Positions 1 to 14,444 of a stretch of 64,000 bases of DNA are shown here, piece after piece. Position numbers and translations under genes: made by a program. The notes beneath the pieces were generated by a model. That model worked only from the letters and a program-made list of their open reading frames with translations. It was not told where the DNA came from and did no database searches. The stretch's first letter is position 1. Each line of letters begins with the position of its first letter. Location: positions 271,002,001-271,066,000 of the forward strand of contig OZ024742.1 in assembly GCA_964016885.1 (NCBI GenBank), written 5' to 3'. The stretch comes from Eledone cirrhosa. Taxonomy: Eukaryota.

Positions 1-200
1 AGGTATATTCGATATAAAGCATAAATTCTACTTGCATCTCTCTTCATTTAGATATCCCAATATGAAAACTGGCAAAAAGTGTCTGGCAACTGAAGGAAAA
101 GGGAATACCAAATGACATCACTTGGAAAGTGCTTGAAATGTCCATGTCTCAAAGAACAGAAGCAATAAATGCCCGCAATGCGTAAATTTGAAATTCAGGA
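1..200 (+). pseudogene. Penelope-like element GIY-YIG endonuclease fragment (decayed, frameshifted)
   Basis: Manual translation KHKFYLHLSSFRYPNM...VWQLKEKGIPNDITWKVL resembles the H-x-S-S-F-R...VW-x-LK...I-x-WK part of PLE GIY-YIG domains. The same motif occurs at 29600-29720 and 35215-35439. Confidence 0.6.
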
Positions 201-516
201 TCTTACAGGTTTTATACTCACCGGACAGAGATTTTCAGAACATACTTCCATCAAAAGGGCCAATATCTATCGAACTAGAAACACACAATAGCAGTCAACC
301 ATACCTGCTGAATCCTCCAGGACACTAACCACGCCTAGTAGCATTCAAGGAGTGTACCGCTCTCATACAAATTAACGCCTTGTTGAAAGAGAAGGTACAA
401 TTACAACATAACATTGTAATCAACGATCATGCATACATTCAATATTTTACATCTCAAAGTTTAATATTGGGGAAACACTAGTCAAGGCACAAGCATTTTG
501 AGTGAATATCCATATT

Positions 517-645
<129 letters not shown>

Positions 646-1191
646 ATGTATGGATAAGTGCATATGTATACATGTATAAACAATATGTGCGTATGTCTAT
701 TTTCAAACATTTTAAAATATGATTATAAACTTTTAATTTTATTTTATACAAAACCAATCCAGTCCATTTCCTTTGAAGAATGTTTTCTGTAGATAGATAG
801 GAATACATAGAGAGAAAAATAGTAATACATAGAGAGATACAAATCAATGTGTTTGTGCTCTAGAATCTTGTATTTTATTTCGCTGTCATTTCTAGCGAAA
901 CCAGTTACAAAAATACTGTTAGATAGATAAACCGGAATACAAACCAGTTACAAAAATACTGTTAGATAGATAAACCGGAATACAAATATACAGAGAGAGT
1001 AATCAATAAATAGATACAACTTAATCTGTGTTTGTGTGTATATTTATGTCTGCGCGCGCGCGTGGTGGTAGTACCTAAGCTTTTATTTCGCTGTCATTTC
1101 TAGCAAGACAAGTTACCACAACAAAGCTCTTTGCACCATGTACGACAGAGAGGCACAGAGACAAATCAATAAAGTGCCAACCGCAGGCCTT

Positions 1192-4100
1192 CTAAAAGAC
1201 GCACCCGGCGTTGCTCGGGAACGAAAGTGTTCCTTATATATTAGAAAAAAGCAAAATTGTATAGGAATTTGTCATTCTAAATTCCATTTATTCTTCAATT
1301 GAGGTACATGATGAAATCAATTCTGAATTCATAATACCGAATTTAATTTTAAAAAAAATGAAAATACACAATGTATCTGTTTCGGAGCAGAGACAAATTT
1401 GTCTTGTAAACTACACTCCCTAGAGCAACAAACTACCCTAGAGCAACAAACGTAAAGTTGACCACGAGAAATGAAGGACTAATTTAAGTGGAAGTCAGTA
1501 GATTTCAAAGTCTTATAGATATACATTGCGAAGCAAAGTCGTACTGGGAATTATAATTCAAATTACATTATTGGAATTATTGTATTGGAAATATCTTCCC
1601 GAGAGGTACACCAAGTAATGACGGTATCTTAAATCACATTAGGTGGTAATGTTTTCACAATCAACCTTGTCCCATTGCATAATTTAGGGAGATATACATT
1701 TCTTAGAAGCATTATTGGGACTCCAAACTACAGGAAAAGCTTTTGTGGAGGAGTTCCAGTTGGCTAAAGAGTATTACCAAACTCTGTTGGGTAGTGGACT
1801 GCTTGATTTTCATCAAGGACTGAATGAACTGATTTGTACTCCTTAATTACTGTTAGAATTACTGTTAGAATCTTATTTATCATCTCATGGTTAATCCTTG
1901 CTACTGTCTCATTTTCTTTTTAGCAATAATTTCCCTGTCATACAACAAATTATAATGAATTATAATGATTATTTAAGTCTGGAAATACCCTTTTCTTCAA
2001 TTCATCTAGCGAATCCGCCATGATTATAACATGAGCCAAGTTGATATAACCATACCCACCAAACGGTACAATCTGTACTGCCCCAATTTCTAATTGAAGG
2101 TATCGGGTTGAGAATAAAGCGTAATAAAGCCCGCACGTTAGTATTGAAGGAGAAATTCCGTACTTCATTCCATAGCTGCGAAGAATTAATGCATGCTTTT
2201 ATTTCATAAGCTTTTGTTCATCTCCAAAATTACTGATAATATCTATCTGAAGTCTCCTGGTTAAAATAATGTAACTCCTCCCATAGAGATATTGTTGCCT
2301 CTTATGCCCCGCAAGGTCTTATCAGGAGCTTCCATTGTTCCTGTATGTGACATGGTGCATTCATCTCAAATGACCAGGTGATATTGGCGCAACATTTCTG
2401 GAAGTCGTTTAGGCTCATGCCCATTCTCAAATGCAGCCAACTTTGTCTCTCTTGCAAACCTTCTTAAAGTTAAATCACTTTGATTTTGTCCCGAAACATG
2501 ACCAAAAGTGGTCCCCAATTTGAATCAATGCTGATTGAAATTTTCTTCGCAGAACTGAATATTGATCACTAGATTTGCATGTTGAACTGCATACTTTAAT
2601 TTCCCAGCCATATCCTCTCGATATTTCATCAAAAATTGTCAGGGCCTGCTAAGTTGATACATGATCAGCATAATGGGACAAAAGGTTACGGAGTTTCTTT
2701 GGAGAATATGACACCGATGCTTCAATCATTGCAAGACCCATTGATCATTTTCTAACAAACCTTTTTGATAGCATGCTACCTTAATATTGGACACATTTAC
2801 TCTTCTTAAATCTTGGAATGATTTGGAAACACGTACGTTATGCAAAATGATCAGTTGAATAATGGCGGGGTTCCTTTCATGAATGGAAAAATTGAAGATG
2901 TGCCAAAAAGCCTAATTGCTACCGATGTGTCTTCCTTTCTCATAGTGTGCAACTTCGTCATTATTTTCATATGCCGACTGACATACCGCAAAAGAATGAA
3001 TGTTGCAACAGCTAAACCTTTGTATTCATATTTCAAGCATACTTAATAGATTTAAGAGAGTTACAGAATTCAACATTAATAGGGGCTTTGAATGTTTTTG
3101 TAAGAAGAGCTCAGACGGGTACAATCCACCGAATGTCAATGATGAATTATTGCCCATTTCTCTCTTTTTTTTTGGAAGTGAATCAACCTTGCCCATGTTT
3201 TCTTCTCCTTTAAATGAAGTAGCCATCTTCTTCAGTTTTGGTTTATTGTATAGGAGGATGGGGGTAGTACTTAGTACACTTTGTATCCCTCATACATGGG
3301 TAGGATGGATTAATTGAACCATAGGGCCGATGAATCATCTGTGACAATTTTAAGCAGCAAAGGATGATATCTAGCCAAATCAAAATGTGGTCATGTGGCA
3401 ATTCTCGTTTTTGCCATTCAATTGTGTACGTGTTATATTAGACTGGTTCAAAGTCTTCGCCTTTTTTAAGAGATCCATAGGCTTTATGACTTTAAGTCTG
3501 AACACCCAAGCTATAATATTATGACGATCTGTGTGTTCTTTATTGATGCTAATAAAGTTGACTCTTTATTTCCTGTGATGCTAGCTTATATGTGAATGTA
3601 ATGAAGAGGTCTGAACGACCATAGTGTCTGGCATGTACAAGTGCATCTTGGGTACGCTCATGCATATATTGTAGACTTCCTGTGAAGCTTGATGGAAGAA
3701 TGACAAAGCTGTCCAATGTTATCAGCAGCCAATCCTCCTTTATTACAGATTGAATCTCTCAGATGAATGAGGTATGATGTCCGCAGATCGTTCTGATGTG
3801 TTATAATGTAAAGAAGCCTTCTCCTTGAATTTGTGTATGATATATGAAGTGCCAATTTCTGGAAGAGTTCACGGGAACGATGACGAATATAAAAGTCTTG
3901 CTCTGTTAATATGAACAAGCAAGCATAGAATTCCATGCAGCTTACTGCTTTTGTCAGTGCAGGAGCTCTTGTTTTAAGATCTGTTTGTCTGATACAAACG
4001 TGATATCCATCTTGGCCAACTACACAGATTAATGGATACTGGAGTGCATCATATGATCAGTGGGTTGCATTTATGCGCTAAACTTATTTCCTCTACCTTG

Positions 4101-6657
4101 AATAACAATATCCCTCCTCCCATACTCTTCGCCAGTGATAATTGCTGCTACTTCATTTGCAGCAGGGACATTATAGCGGTTGAGTTTCCAAAGAGGCTTT
4201 TTGTCTGTATCAATGATTACATTGTACTCAGTGATTGGCGCCGATTCTAATGCATATTACCATTTTCTGATGCGGCTTTTGATCACATGGAACGTATATT
4301 GCAAATCAAAGATTAACTCATCTTTCAAATTTTGGAAGGTTCAATGACCCTTTCAAAGCCTGCTACCTGAAATTTTCCACAAAATATAACTGCAAAACCT
4401 GATCCAATAAGATGGTATAATTTATCGTAAACTTTAATGGTTGGCTTGAAGTTCCTTTTTAATGTTTTTCAAGAAGTGCATGGTCTTTGGTGTGTTCCTC
4501 AAAAGCAATGCCTTCAAATAATAAGTGGTTGTACGGAACACCGGTAGAACAACCTTCCTCCTCCACAACACATGGTGAGGCTTCTCTTTCTCATTTTTTT
4601 TCCTTTACAAAAGCTGCACTCTTTTGACATTACACACATAACAGTCAATTTCTCTGTAGAATAATCATGCTTTGGATTATATTTGAAAGCTGATCTTTTC
4701 AAAGTCCTATTGAAAGTTGCTACATTTTGTCAAACGTATCAACCTATCTTGATAAAGAGGCTTACGTCTCTCCTCGCGGGATTCGAGAAGTTCTGCAGAA
4801 ACTTTGTCTAATCAATCACTGAAGTATTGTCCCATTAGAACTTCTGGCAGCTTGTCTTTGTCTTGCATCCTTTAAACATTTGTATGTTTCCTCTTTTGAT
4901 TCTTGACTGCTGCGGGATGTATTTTGTTGACGTAATTGTTTTGACTGTTTTCCCCTTGCCGTTTGAGACTCATTGGCCATGAGTGCAGCAGCCCAACTTT
5001 GGTCGTTTTCATACCGTTGCTGTGGTTGTGCAAGAGACCCTTGTGCCATTGTTCTGGTTACCTGTGCCATTGTTGGACTGGAGGATTATGTTATTCTGCA
5101 TCATGCCCTCTTATTAACTCGTTAGAAAATTCTGAAAAGCTTATGGAGACTGGAAACATTTTTTCTCCTTGGCTTCTCTTTTGAAAATTGAAATTGGTAT
5201 TTATTGAAAAATGAGTGAAAGTTACGTGAATATCTTCACCAGGGAGATATAAATAAATGGCGTTTGCGGAACGCGAACGTATCACAGTAACACACTCTAA
5301 CACACACACAACAAACACACAACACACACTCACACACGCATACAAACACACACATACACATATAAACTCAGACGAACACATGCACACATAAGCAAACGCA
5401 ATGACTCTCTTCGTTAAACATTTAGAAGTATAAACTGGCGTTCGTTTGTTTTGGAATTACGAAGTAATTTTTCATGAGGGAGTGAGGGAGTCAGAGTTAG
5501 AAAAGTAGATCTCTTTCTCTTATTCTACTTAGTCTCCTCTCACTTCCATGATCACTGCTACACTAACAAAGCGTTGTCTCTCACACACACGCACGTATCT
5601 TCCCAGACACAACATACACATACAGTATCCCTCCCTCCCACTATCACTCTCTCTTTGTATGTGCTCCCTTTCAATGTGTTCTACTACAATACAGAATTCT
5701 TCTCTCTCTATCTTTATCTCTTTCTCATTCTGTGTTTCTCTCTCACACACATATTCTCTCTCACCTTCTGTAACACTTCCTCTCTTTTAGTTGCTGTCTG
5801 TTTCTTTCATTCTCTCCCTTTCTAGCTCACTAACACAGTCACATATATGCTCTTTCCTAATATTTACATTACTCTCTCTATCGAAATGCTTCATACAGAC
5901 GGCGAAGTTGTAATGCAAAAGAAGGGGTGGAGGAGAAGTAAACAACCACTTTCTCACTTTGCCTTTCTCTTTCTTTCTCCCCCTCTCATTCACTCATTGG
6001 CATTGTACAACAGACATATAAATACACTGATATCTGCAAATATTATATATATTTTTACACAGTTAAAATGTGTGTGTTTGTGTGTTTGCATGCGCATGTG
6101 TGTGTGTATGTGTGTGCGTGCTTATACATGTTGGCATATGTATATAAACAAACTCTTCACTGGGAGAATGAGTATATATATATTTAATCACATATTCTTA
6201 TACACACAAATTTATTGAATATATCGTTTACATACGAATCGTTATATGCACCTGTATTTACATTTGAATTGGTATATTTAGTATTATATATATTTGTGCA
6301 TATAAATATAAGCCACAAACACCAATAAACTCACACAAATACAACGCATACACACATGCAGATATACACACACACAAATACACACATATACATTCCCGTA
6401 AAAGCAACAGACATATACTCAGGGAGAGCGTGGAAAATGTTGGCATTCTGTCGGCTGTTTTTGCCGTAGTTCTTTTACAATCCATCTTCGTCCCATTTAC
6501 AAACACATACCTTCACACACACATACACACATATATTCACACAGAGCTTTGTGCAACATTTGAAACGCCGTTTGATTTTCACCACCCGCCTTCCTTTGTT
6601 TTAACTAATTGGACTGACACATACGGGCGGACAAGATTCAACTTTTATTTATATAGA
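1192..6657 (-). mobile_element. Decayed, near-full-length Helitron
   Basis: The minus strand starts A|TCTATATAAATAAAA at 6657, a Helitron-type 5' TC end. It ends with the hairpin CCCGAGCAACGCCGGG (about 1204-1219) followed by a degenerate CTAG (TTAG) at about 1192. RepHel remnants lie between. Confidence 0.8.
1600..5070 (-). pseudogene. Helitron Rep/PIF1-helicase (RepHel) pseudogene
   Basis: N-terminal AFKYNPKHDYS...CSFCKGKK...MCCGGG (4514-4702) and MEFYACLFIL...RELFQK (3658-3936). PIF1 C-terminal DENQAVHYPTEFGNTL*PTGTPPQKLFL*FGVPIMLLRNVYLPKLCNGTRL (about 1660-1815). Many stops and frameshifts. Confidence 0.88.
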
Positions 6658-6958
6658 TATTTGTGCGTGTGTGTGAGTATATATAATTATTTGTAATTTT
6701 ATCTGATATAATTTTACCTTAAATGATTTAGCTTTTACAAAATAACTGAAAAGTCAAACGTTACCTTAATTGATAATTTGATCACGCAAGGGAACCAATG
6801 GCTTAAATAATTCGACTACAGACCGCTAATTCAAGCCTTATTTACCTCCCTTGTTTCCAATAAGAATCTCCGCAGAAATTGTCAGACGAAACTACTTCCT
6901 ATTTCTTATGTTTGCCTTCTCGTGTATGAAGTAGCGGATTAGAACAGGCACCGAAACG

Positions 6959-6990
<32 letters not shown>

Positions 6991-7001
6991 TAACATTACA
7001 A

Positions 7002-7098
7002 GGTGTCTGAAGAGCCGCGGATCGCAGAGTCGGGCCAGATTGATACAGATCGAACCTTGAGCTGATCAGTGGCGAAACGGGCGTCACCAACCAATAAA
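7002..7098 (+). ncRNA. Degenerate type I hammerhead ribozyme (PLE pLTR type) followed by AATAAA
   Basis: GT-CTGAAGA-GCCGCGGATC...GATCAGTGGC-GAAAC-GGGC-GTC-AC, then AATAAA. Stem II is good, stem III is minimal and stem I is imperfect. Confidence 0.6.
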
Positions 7099-7404
7099 CG
7101 TAATGAAGGAGTAACCAATCGTCCTTGTTATCTTATTTCACTATACTACACTCTGTCTAGCTCTACACCTCGACACTGAAGTGAACCTAAACATCGAGTG
7201 CTCACCCGGGTGAACCTACAGTAACTCAAAGTTACACTCCCTGGATATATATCGGGTATATATATATGGCATGTATATGGGAGCGGGTAAACTACAAATC
7301 AAAGAAGTATTAGATACATGGTAAGATGCAGAGTGGATATATAAACAGATTCAGAGAATCTACCGTAAACTCGGCAGTTTCGACTAGCCTTACTTCCCTT
7401 TTTT

Positions 7405-7533
<129 letters not shown>

Positions 7534-8104
7534 ATCTGCTCGTTTCCGATCGTTTATGACATGTTTCACACATGTAACACTCTTCTGGTTTCGATCGTTT
7601 ACGACACGTTTTACAACTGTCATGAAATTCGTTTGGAGTATCTCCATTTCCCTTCTCCCTCTTACTTCCGGCTGCTCCCTCTCTCTCTCTCTCTCCCCTC
7701 ACTTTGTTGAGTTCGCTCGGAACTACCACGCTCCTAGTTATTGCACCACCAGTCTTAAGACTAATCGTTTCGTTGTAACTTATTCTATTGTATCTTTTCC
7801 TCGGTTGCTCACTTGCATGTTATAATTTCCTTGTGTCCCCCTCCATTCAGTCTATTTACTTCGTTTTTTTTTTCTTTCTCTTCACTACTTTTACATTTTT
7901 CTTTTCTTTTTCTCGTGACCCTTTGATCGGTAAAAAGCCTTGGGCGCGCCGCTGATCGCTTTTGATGTCTTGTGTTAAGCGCCGAGACATCTATGATCTG
8001 CGGTTAACAGCTGATGAAAGATTTCTTCTCTTGTTTCGTCCATATCACCATCTTAAACTTTGTTTACAGTAACCACACAGCTCGCTTCGTTTCTTGTACT
8101 TTTA

Positions 8105-8197
<93 letters not shown>

Positions 8198-9553
8198 TTT
8201 GGTAAAAACAGGAGCAATCAGCCGAAAGTTTCGACAATCGTCTGTGGTTACGATGGAGATTCATTAGAATAATAACATTAATAATGATGCTGATGCTACA
8301 TAAATCGTTAGATATTATTTAGGTTTGTTTTGCGGAGTGTTTGTTCCTTGTACTATGTTGTCCGTGTGTATACTACTTTTGTATTTATGTATAATATTTG
8401 TTCCATTTGTTCCTATGTTCTCCATATGTGTACCCGGATTTATATATATGTTTTTTCTCACCATATATTCGCTTTCTACAGCTCATTTCCAAAGTGTAGC
8501 AGCCCGTTTTGTCGGACATGGTTGCCAGCGTTGATAGTATTAATACCAATGTAGGTACAACTGGCTGTTATTCTGGTTAATTATTATTCTATACTGTAGT
8601 TATTGTTGGCATTGTGTCATAGGGTGGAAGCGAGGATTGCATCTTAGCACTATTATTAATTTGAGAATTTGTTTAGAATGACCCGCACCACCAGTAATTT
8701 TTGTTGTCGTTGTCGCCGTGATGGGTTAATTACTAGTGTTGTTGTTATTGTTGTTAGTGTTGCCGCTGCCTGGCTCTCGGTTAGTGTGTACTCGCTGCCA
8801 TAAAGTGGGTATTAATGTCATTAATATCACTACTACTGCGACGATAGGCGGTATTGCTATAGTATGGGCGATAGGCGGTATTGCTATTGTTACCGTTGTT
8901 GTTGATGTTGTCTTGAGGATGGATGTCATCAAGTATGTTTATGGCCCTACCTCAGAGTTCCATTTATAGCTGTGGATGTTGTCGTCGTTGTTGTGGTCAG
9001 CGGGGTAATAATATCCCTGCGACTACTGCGGCCAGTATAGGTCACGTTGGTCGGTGTTTGCTGTTTTTGTCGTTGCTGTTATTGTTGATGTTGCTATTGT
9101 TGGAGCTGTTATCTTGCACATGGCTATCAAGAAAATATATACTTCACCCTCCCTCAGAGTTCCGTTTATTGCTTCCAGTATCTATTTGATTCTGGCTACC
9201 AATAGACTATCGTTTGATACAGATCAAATTGAGGGTTTACCTTTCTGCTGATTTACGACCTCAATTCCGTGGGGGGGGATTTCCTAATTGACACGTGGAT
9301 AGCACTTTACTCCAGTAAACACGACGGTTGGGACAGCCTTTCAGAAACTCAAATGTCTGCTGGACGCACGAGTAGAGGGTAGTGTGTTTTTTCCTGCCGG
9401 CAGCATATCACGAAATCGAATTTCATCTCAGGATACCGTTCTCAAATCAACAACAAATGTTGATTGCATGGGAGAACCGTTGAAATAATTATAATGAATA
9501 AACGATTCATGTAACATCAGCATCTTCATTAATGTTATTATTATTATTATTAT

Positions 9554-12500
9554 TTGCATTTATCTTGCTTTATGTTCATACGAGTTATCACCAAGTCACA
9601 ACCAGTGACCTTAAGAGACAACAAGGTCCGCCATGTTCAAGAAAGAACATACATATTCACACATGCATCCTTAGTGTTTAGACTTGTGATGTACTTATAT
9701 TGATAGGATCTTCCTTAGTATATGGGCAGTTCCCATTAGTACTATCTTTTGTATTTCTCCTATACGCGGGTTTCCTGGGATTTGCGATAAGTAGTCGTTA
9801 GACCCCTTAGGTATCATTCCCAGAGCGCCCACAACCACTGGTATTGTTTTAGTTCTCAATTTCCACATTTTTCCAATTTCTATCTCCAGGTCCTTATACT
9901 TGCTCAATTTTTCAAATGTTTTTATAGATACATTCTTGTCTATTGGAACAGACATATCAATTAGCAGGCATACCCTCCTTTGAAAGTCCTTCAATATTAT
10001 ATCATGTCTATTTGCATCTATTTTTCGGTCTGTTTGGATGCTAAAGTTCCACAAGATTGAGATGTGATATTTTTCAAGTATGGGAGGTGGTTGATGCTCC
10101 CACCAATTCTTTTGATGGGGCAGGTCAAAATGCTTACACATTATCCAATGTATGTATTGTGCAGCTCTGTCATGCCTGTTTAGGTATTCGGTTGGAGCTA
10201 TAGGACTGCACATTGAAATTATATGGTCAATGGTCTCTGGTTGTTTTTTGCATACACGGCATAATGGGCTGCACCCATTTTTTATTATGTTGGCTTGGTA
10301 ATTTTTTGTTGGCAGACACTGATCTTGTGCCGATATAATCAGTCCTTCAGTCTCCGATTTCAGTCCAGAGGATGCCAACCACTGATGGGTTAAAGTTTTG
10401 TCGACATCAGGATTGTTAGCTCGCTCTGGGTATTTTCCATACAGAGGCTTTTCTTGCCATTTCTTAGCCAGTTTCTGTAGCAGTTCTTTCTTTGCAGTTA
10501 CTTTTACCTGCTTTGCTTTTTCTGTGTTTTCCATTTCAGCAGTAAATGGGACTTCTGAAATGTGTAGTCCATTACTGTATCTTTGTGCATCTTTTGTAAT
10601 GGAATATGATCTTTTGGTGCTTTCGTGTTTCAAAACGAGTTTGATCATCCAATCATGTGATTCCCTTAGATATGTGGATAATCCAATTGTTGCAGTTTTC
10701 AACGCAATGTCTAACTGGATTAACCCAGTCCTCCTTCTTTCATAGGGAGATATATTCTATCTATGTCTGCCTTAGGGTGATGCATTCTGTGCATGGTTAA
10801 GAATTTTCGGATTTTTGTATCGAGCCTACGGATCTCTGTGCTTGACCAGTTGATGACATTGTAACTGTAGGTTACTACTGGTATGGCAAGCGTGTTTATG
10901 GCATCGATCCTATCCATTGCATTCAATTCCGTTCTTAAGATTGCTCTGACTCTGCGGTAACATTCCTTCCTTATCCTTTCCCTCATTGTCGAGTGTTTGA
11001 TTCCGTCTCCTTCACAAACACCTAGATATTTGTAAGTTTTTTCTTGATCAAGCTCTCTTATCACGTTCCCCCGATCAAGATTAATGTCTGAACTCTTCAG
11101 CAGCTTTCCTCTGGTGAACGTTGCTTTGGCGCATTTATCCAGTCGAAACTCCATTTTAATATCATCACTGAACTGCTTCACAGTGGATAATAGCCCTTGC
11201 AATTGTTCATCATTTTTTGCAAATAGTTTCAGGTCATCCATGTAGAACAGGTGATTAATGGTTTTGTCATAGACTCTATATCCATGTTTTGTTTCATTGA
11301 GCATTTTACTTAATGGTATAAGTGCGATGCAGAATAAAAGCGGTGATAAAGAGTCACCCTGAAAAATTCCACAATTAATATTAACTTCTCCAGCTTCCAG
11401 TGATTTTGTTTCACTATTCAGAAGGAGTGTCGTCGTTCTCCATGTCTTCATACTGAATGACAAAAACCCCCTGACAACGGGGGATATTTTGAAAACTTCT
11501 AAACATTTTTCAATCCAACTATGTGGCAAACTATCGAATGCTTTTTTATAATCTATCCAAGCAATCGATAGATTTTTGTGTCTATTATGACAATATTCCA
11601 GTATCATTTTGTTAACCAGAAGCTGATCCTTACAGCCATATGAGCCTCGTTTACACCCTTTCTGCTCAATGGGAAATAGGTAATTTGTTATCAGGTGGTC
11701 ATATGTGTATTCAGTTAGGACTGATGTTAACATTTTATACATTGTGGTCAAGCAGGTTATCGGTCTGTAATTTTGGGGATTGTTTGTCTCATCATTCTTC
11801 GGTAGCAGGAATGTAATGCCGTTAACTAGCCATGATGGTATCTTTTCTGGCTCCTTAAGTATTTCATTGTAAAGTTGGGCTAACAGCTCATGAGACTCTG
11901 TGAAGGCATTTATCCAAAAGTTTTGTATTTTGTCTTTTCCTGGGGATTTCCATTTGCTGGTTTTTCCTAGAGCCAAGCGCAACTGTTCAACTGTTATATC
12001 TTCCCATATTTGTTCCTGACGGTGAGCTGTATCTTTCATTTGTCTGTCTATCCATGGGGCATGTATGTTATGAACTTTTTCTTCGGCCCAGATCTTTTCC
12101 CAGAATTCTTGCACTTCCTCCTTGGGTGGTATTGATTTAGCAGTTATTGTTGACATACCAATTTTTCTGTAGAAGTTTCTTTGGTTGTTTTTGAACATAT
12201 TATTGTCCTTATGGAATCTAGATCGTTTTTCAAAGCGCCTTATACGAGCAGCTTTGGCCGACACTTTTTGCTTCATTGTTTCTATCAGCATGTCTATGTC
12301 ACATGTTGATCTTATACTGTACTTTTTTTTCAATTTTCTAAGTTTAGTTTGTTTAACATGTTCACCTACTTTATAGTTTGTTAAAATTTCTATGTCAGAT
12401 CGGAGAAGGTTTATTTGGCGATTGATGTTATCTTGCCAAGTAGATTTCTTGTGGGAATTCCTTTGTTTTTTCATCTTCACTCCACATAAGTGAGTGGTGA

Positions 12501-13508
12501 CTTTAGCCGATGCATAATAGAGATGATTTAAGTCAGTAATGTTTAGTTTGTTTGTGATGATAATGTTTTTGAGAATTATGTTAGTCTTGTGTATTATCTT
12601 TAGGTTCTGTTTGGAGTTCTGGATCTTAGGGAGGGTGTCTCGTTGCCCCATGTCAGATTCTTTCATTTTCATTCATTCGATCATAATTTCATCCTTCAAG
12701 TTGGCAAGTTCATTCTCATTCATTTCTTTATCATTTACGATCTCATTATTTTCATTTGGAGTTTCATCCTGAGCATGCACTCCCTCCACTTTTTCGCTCC
12801 TTTCTTTAATTTGTTCTGTTGCCAGTGATTCCGCCCCAACCCTGGGTTTCGAAGTGTTACAGTTTACCTCGTTTTCACTGACACATGCTTCATTTTCCCT
12901 TCGCTGACTTTGTGCTACTAGCTTGATCTGATCAATTTCTATATCAGTTAGTAACTTTTTTCTTACAATATTTCTTCGTATATTGGCTAGTTTGTTATTG
13001 TCAATATAGCCTCTGTTTTCGGGATTTTTCTTTTTCCAGTTGATATATGTTTGTTCTGTATTCGATGTATTTGATGGGTAGTACATGGCAGTTTAGAAAG
13101 CCTCAAGGACTTCTTTATTATCTTCCCTTGACCATTTTTCTCTCTTTTTCTTTGGATTTTTTGGTGGTGAGCATGGAGGGCCAACAGTAGGAGTATTCCG
13201 TTTATGGGAGGTCTCCAGCTCCGAAGTGATGGGAAGGTTTGAACCATTAGCTGACTTTTCGACCCCAGTCTGGTTCCTCTCTGAGGGACGCGGCCCTTTT
13301 TTACCCGGGTGACGGCCGATCCGGTATGAGATTTTATCATTAGACATTTACTTTATTTTGTCGCGTTTTATCCTTATTCGCCAAGTGGTAATCATTTCGT
13401 GTTACCACTTCTAGAACGAGTGTCAACCAAGACTAGAGGTGTCGTTCTCCCCTAGAGACATGGCTATTCCCCGCCGGCCGCCATCCCGGTATTTCTTGGT
13501 CACGGGGT
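9554..13508 (-). mobile_element. R4/Dong-clade RLE non-LTR retrotransposon, near full length, with (TAA)n tail
   Basis: Single-ORF layout with RT (IFQGDSLSPLLF, HLFYMDDLKLF), CCHC finger (CRVCKKQPETIDHIISMC) and PD-(D/E)xK nuclease (NRHDII..LIDMSVP..EKLSKY). The 3' end abuts ATT repeats at 9535-9553. Confidence 0.9.
9695..13347 (-). pseudogene. RT-RLE polyprotein, broken into four ORFs
   Basis: ORFs 13093-13347, 12673-13086, 10720-12672 and 9695-10702. There is an in-frame stop at 12673 and frameshifts near 13090 and 10725. Confidence 0.9.
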
Positions 13509-13989
13509 TTTCTTTTTGTTGTTTTTTTTTTTAAATTGTTATTATCATGAGTGGTTCCTTAATGTGAGCATTGCGTGGCTTAAGAATGAAATTATTAATA
13601 ATTGTCTCCACTCCAGGCACTAGGCCAGCAATCACCCAGTGCATTACAATAATATAATACACTTTTTGTTGTAGTTGGCTGTTATTGTTGTTGGCTATGT
13701 CGGTGGTGGTGCCGGGGCTTTTTATATTGTTGGTGAGGAAGGGGTGAGCCAGCAGTCCCATAATTGTTGATGTAGACGTTTGGCCGGTGGCAAAGTCACC
13801 AAGTCAATCTATTTATATCTTTTGCTAGCCTCTCTCTTGTCTAGTGATACCACCACCTTCCCTTTTCTCTCTCAAGTTAACAGGGGAATAGTGTCGGTAG
13901 CATTGAATGTGTGGTGGCGGCGATGATGGATGCGGTGGAGTGGTGGCAGCGGTGGTGTTGTGGTTACTGATATAGTATCTATGAGTTTG

Positions 13990-14412
13990 TGTTCGAATGT
14001 TTAATATATATTTTTATTATATTTTGTGTTGACATATTCCCGTAAAATTTGAATTAAACATTTTTTAAAATTTGAGACGATAATAATAGTAATTATTATT
14101 ATGATGCTGGTGAAATTGCCGTTATCTGGCTGTTATATTTAGTGTGATGGGATAGGTAGTGTATCAAGTTTATGGTGTTGGTGAAATTGAAATTGCTGCT
14201 ATTTGGCTGTTCTATATAGTGTAGACAGAGGGTGTTTTGTTCCATTTATAACCATTTTCTTTTTTTGAATACAAAATATATAATACAAAATTGAATATTT
14301 GAGCGATACAACAATATAATATGGATCCGAAACTTTATGGGACCTCATTCGGTGCATTTATGCAACATTTGTGCTAAGAATTGTTCTTTCACAATTGATT
14401 TAAATATGTTAT
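13990..14412. repeat. Dispersed non-coding repeat; inverted copy at 63590-64000
   Basis: 14200-14410 is the reverse complement of about 63590-63800 (e.g. ggatccgaaactttatgggacctcattcgg vs ccgaatgaagtcccataaaatttcggatcc). The match continues to the window end. Confidence 0.85.
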
Positions 14413-14444
14413 TATTATTATTATTATTATTGTTATTGTTATTC

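Noticed and set aside
900-985. Small tandem duplications (also about 26790-26828, 38681-38718 and 38849-38895)
   Set aside because: Ordinary local slippage duplications with no further structure.
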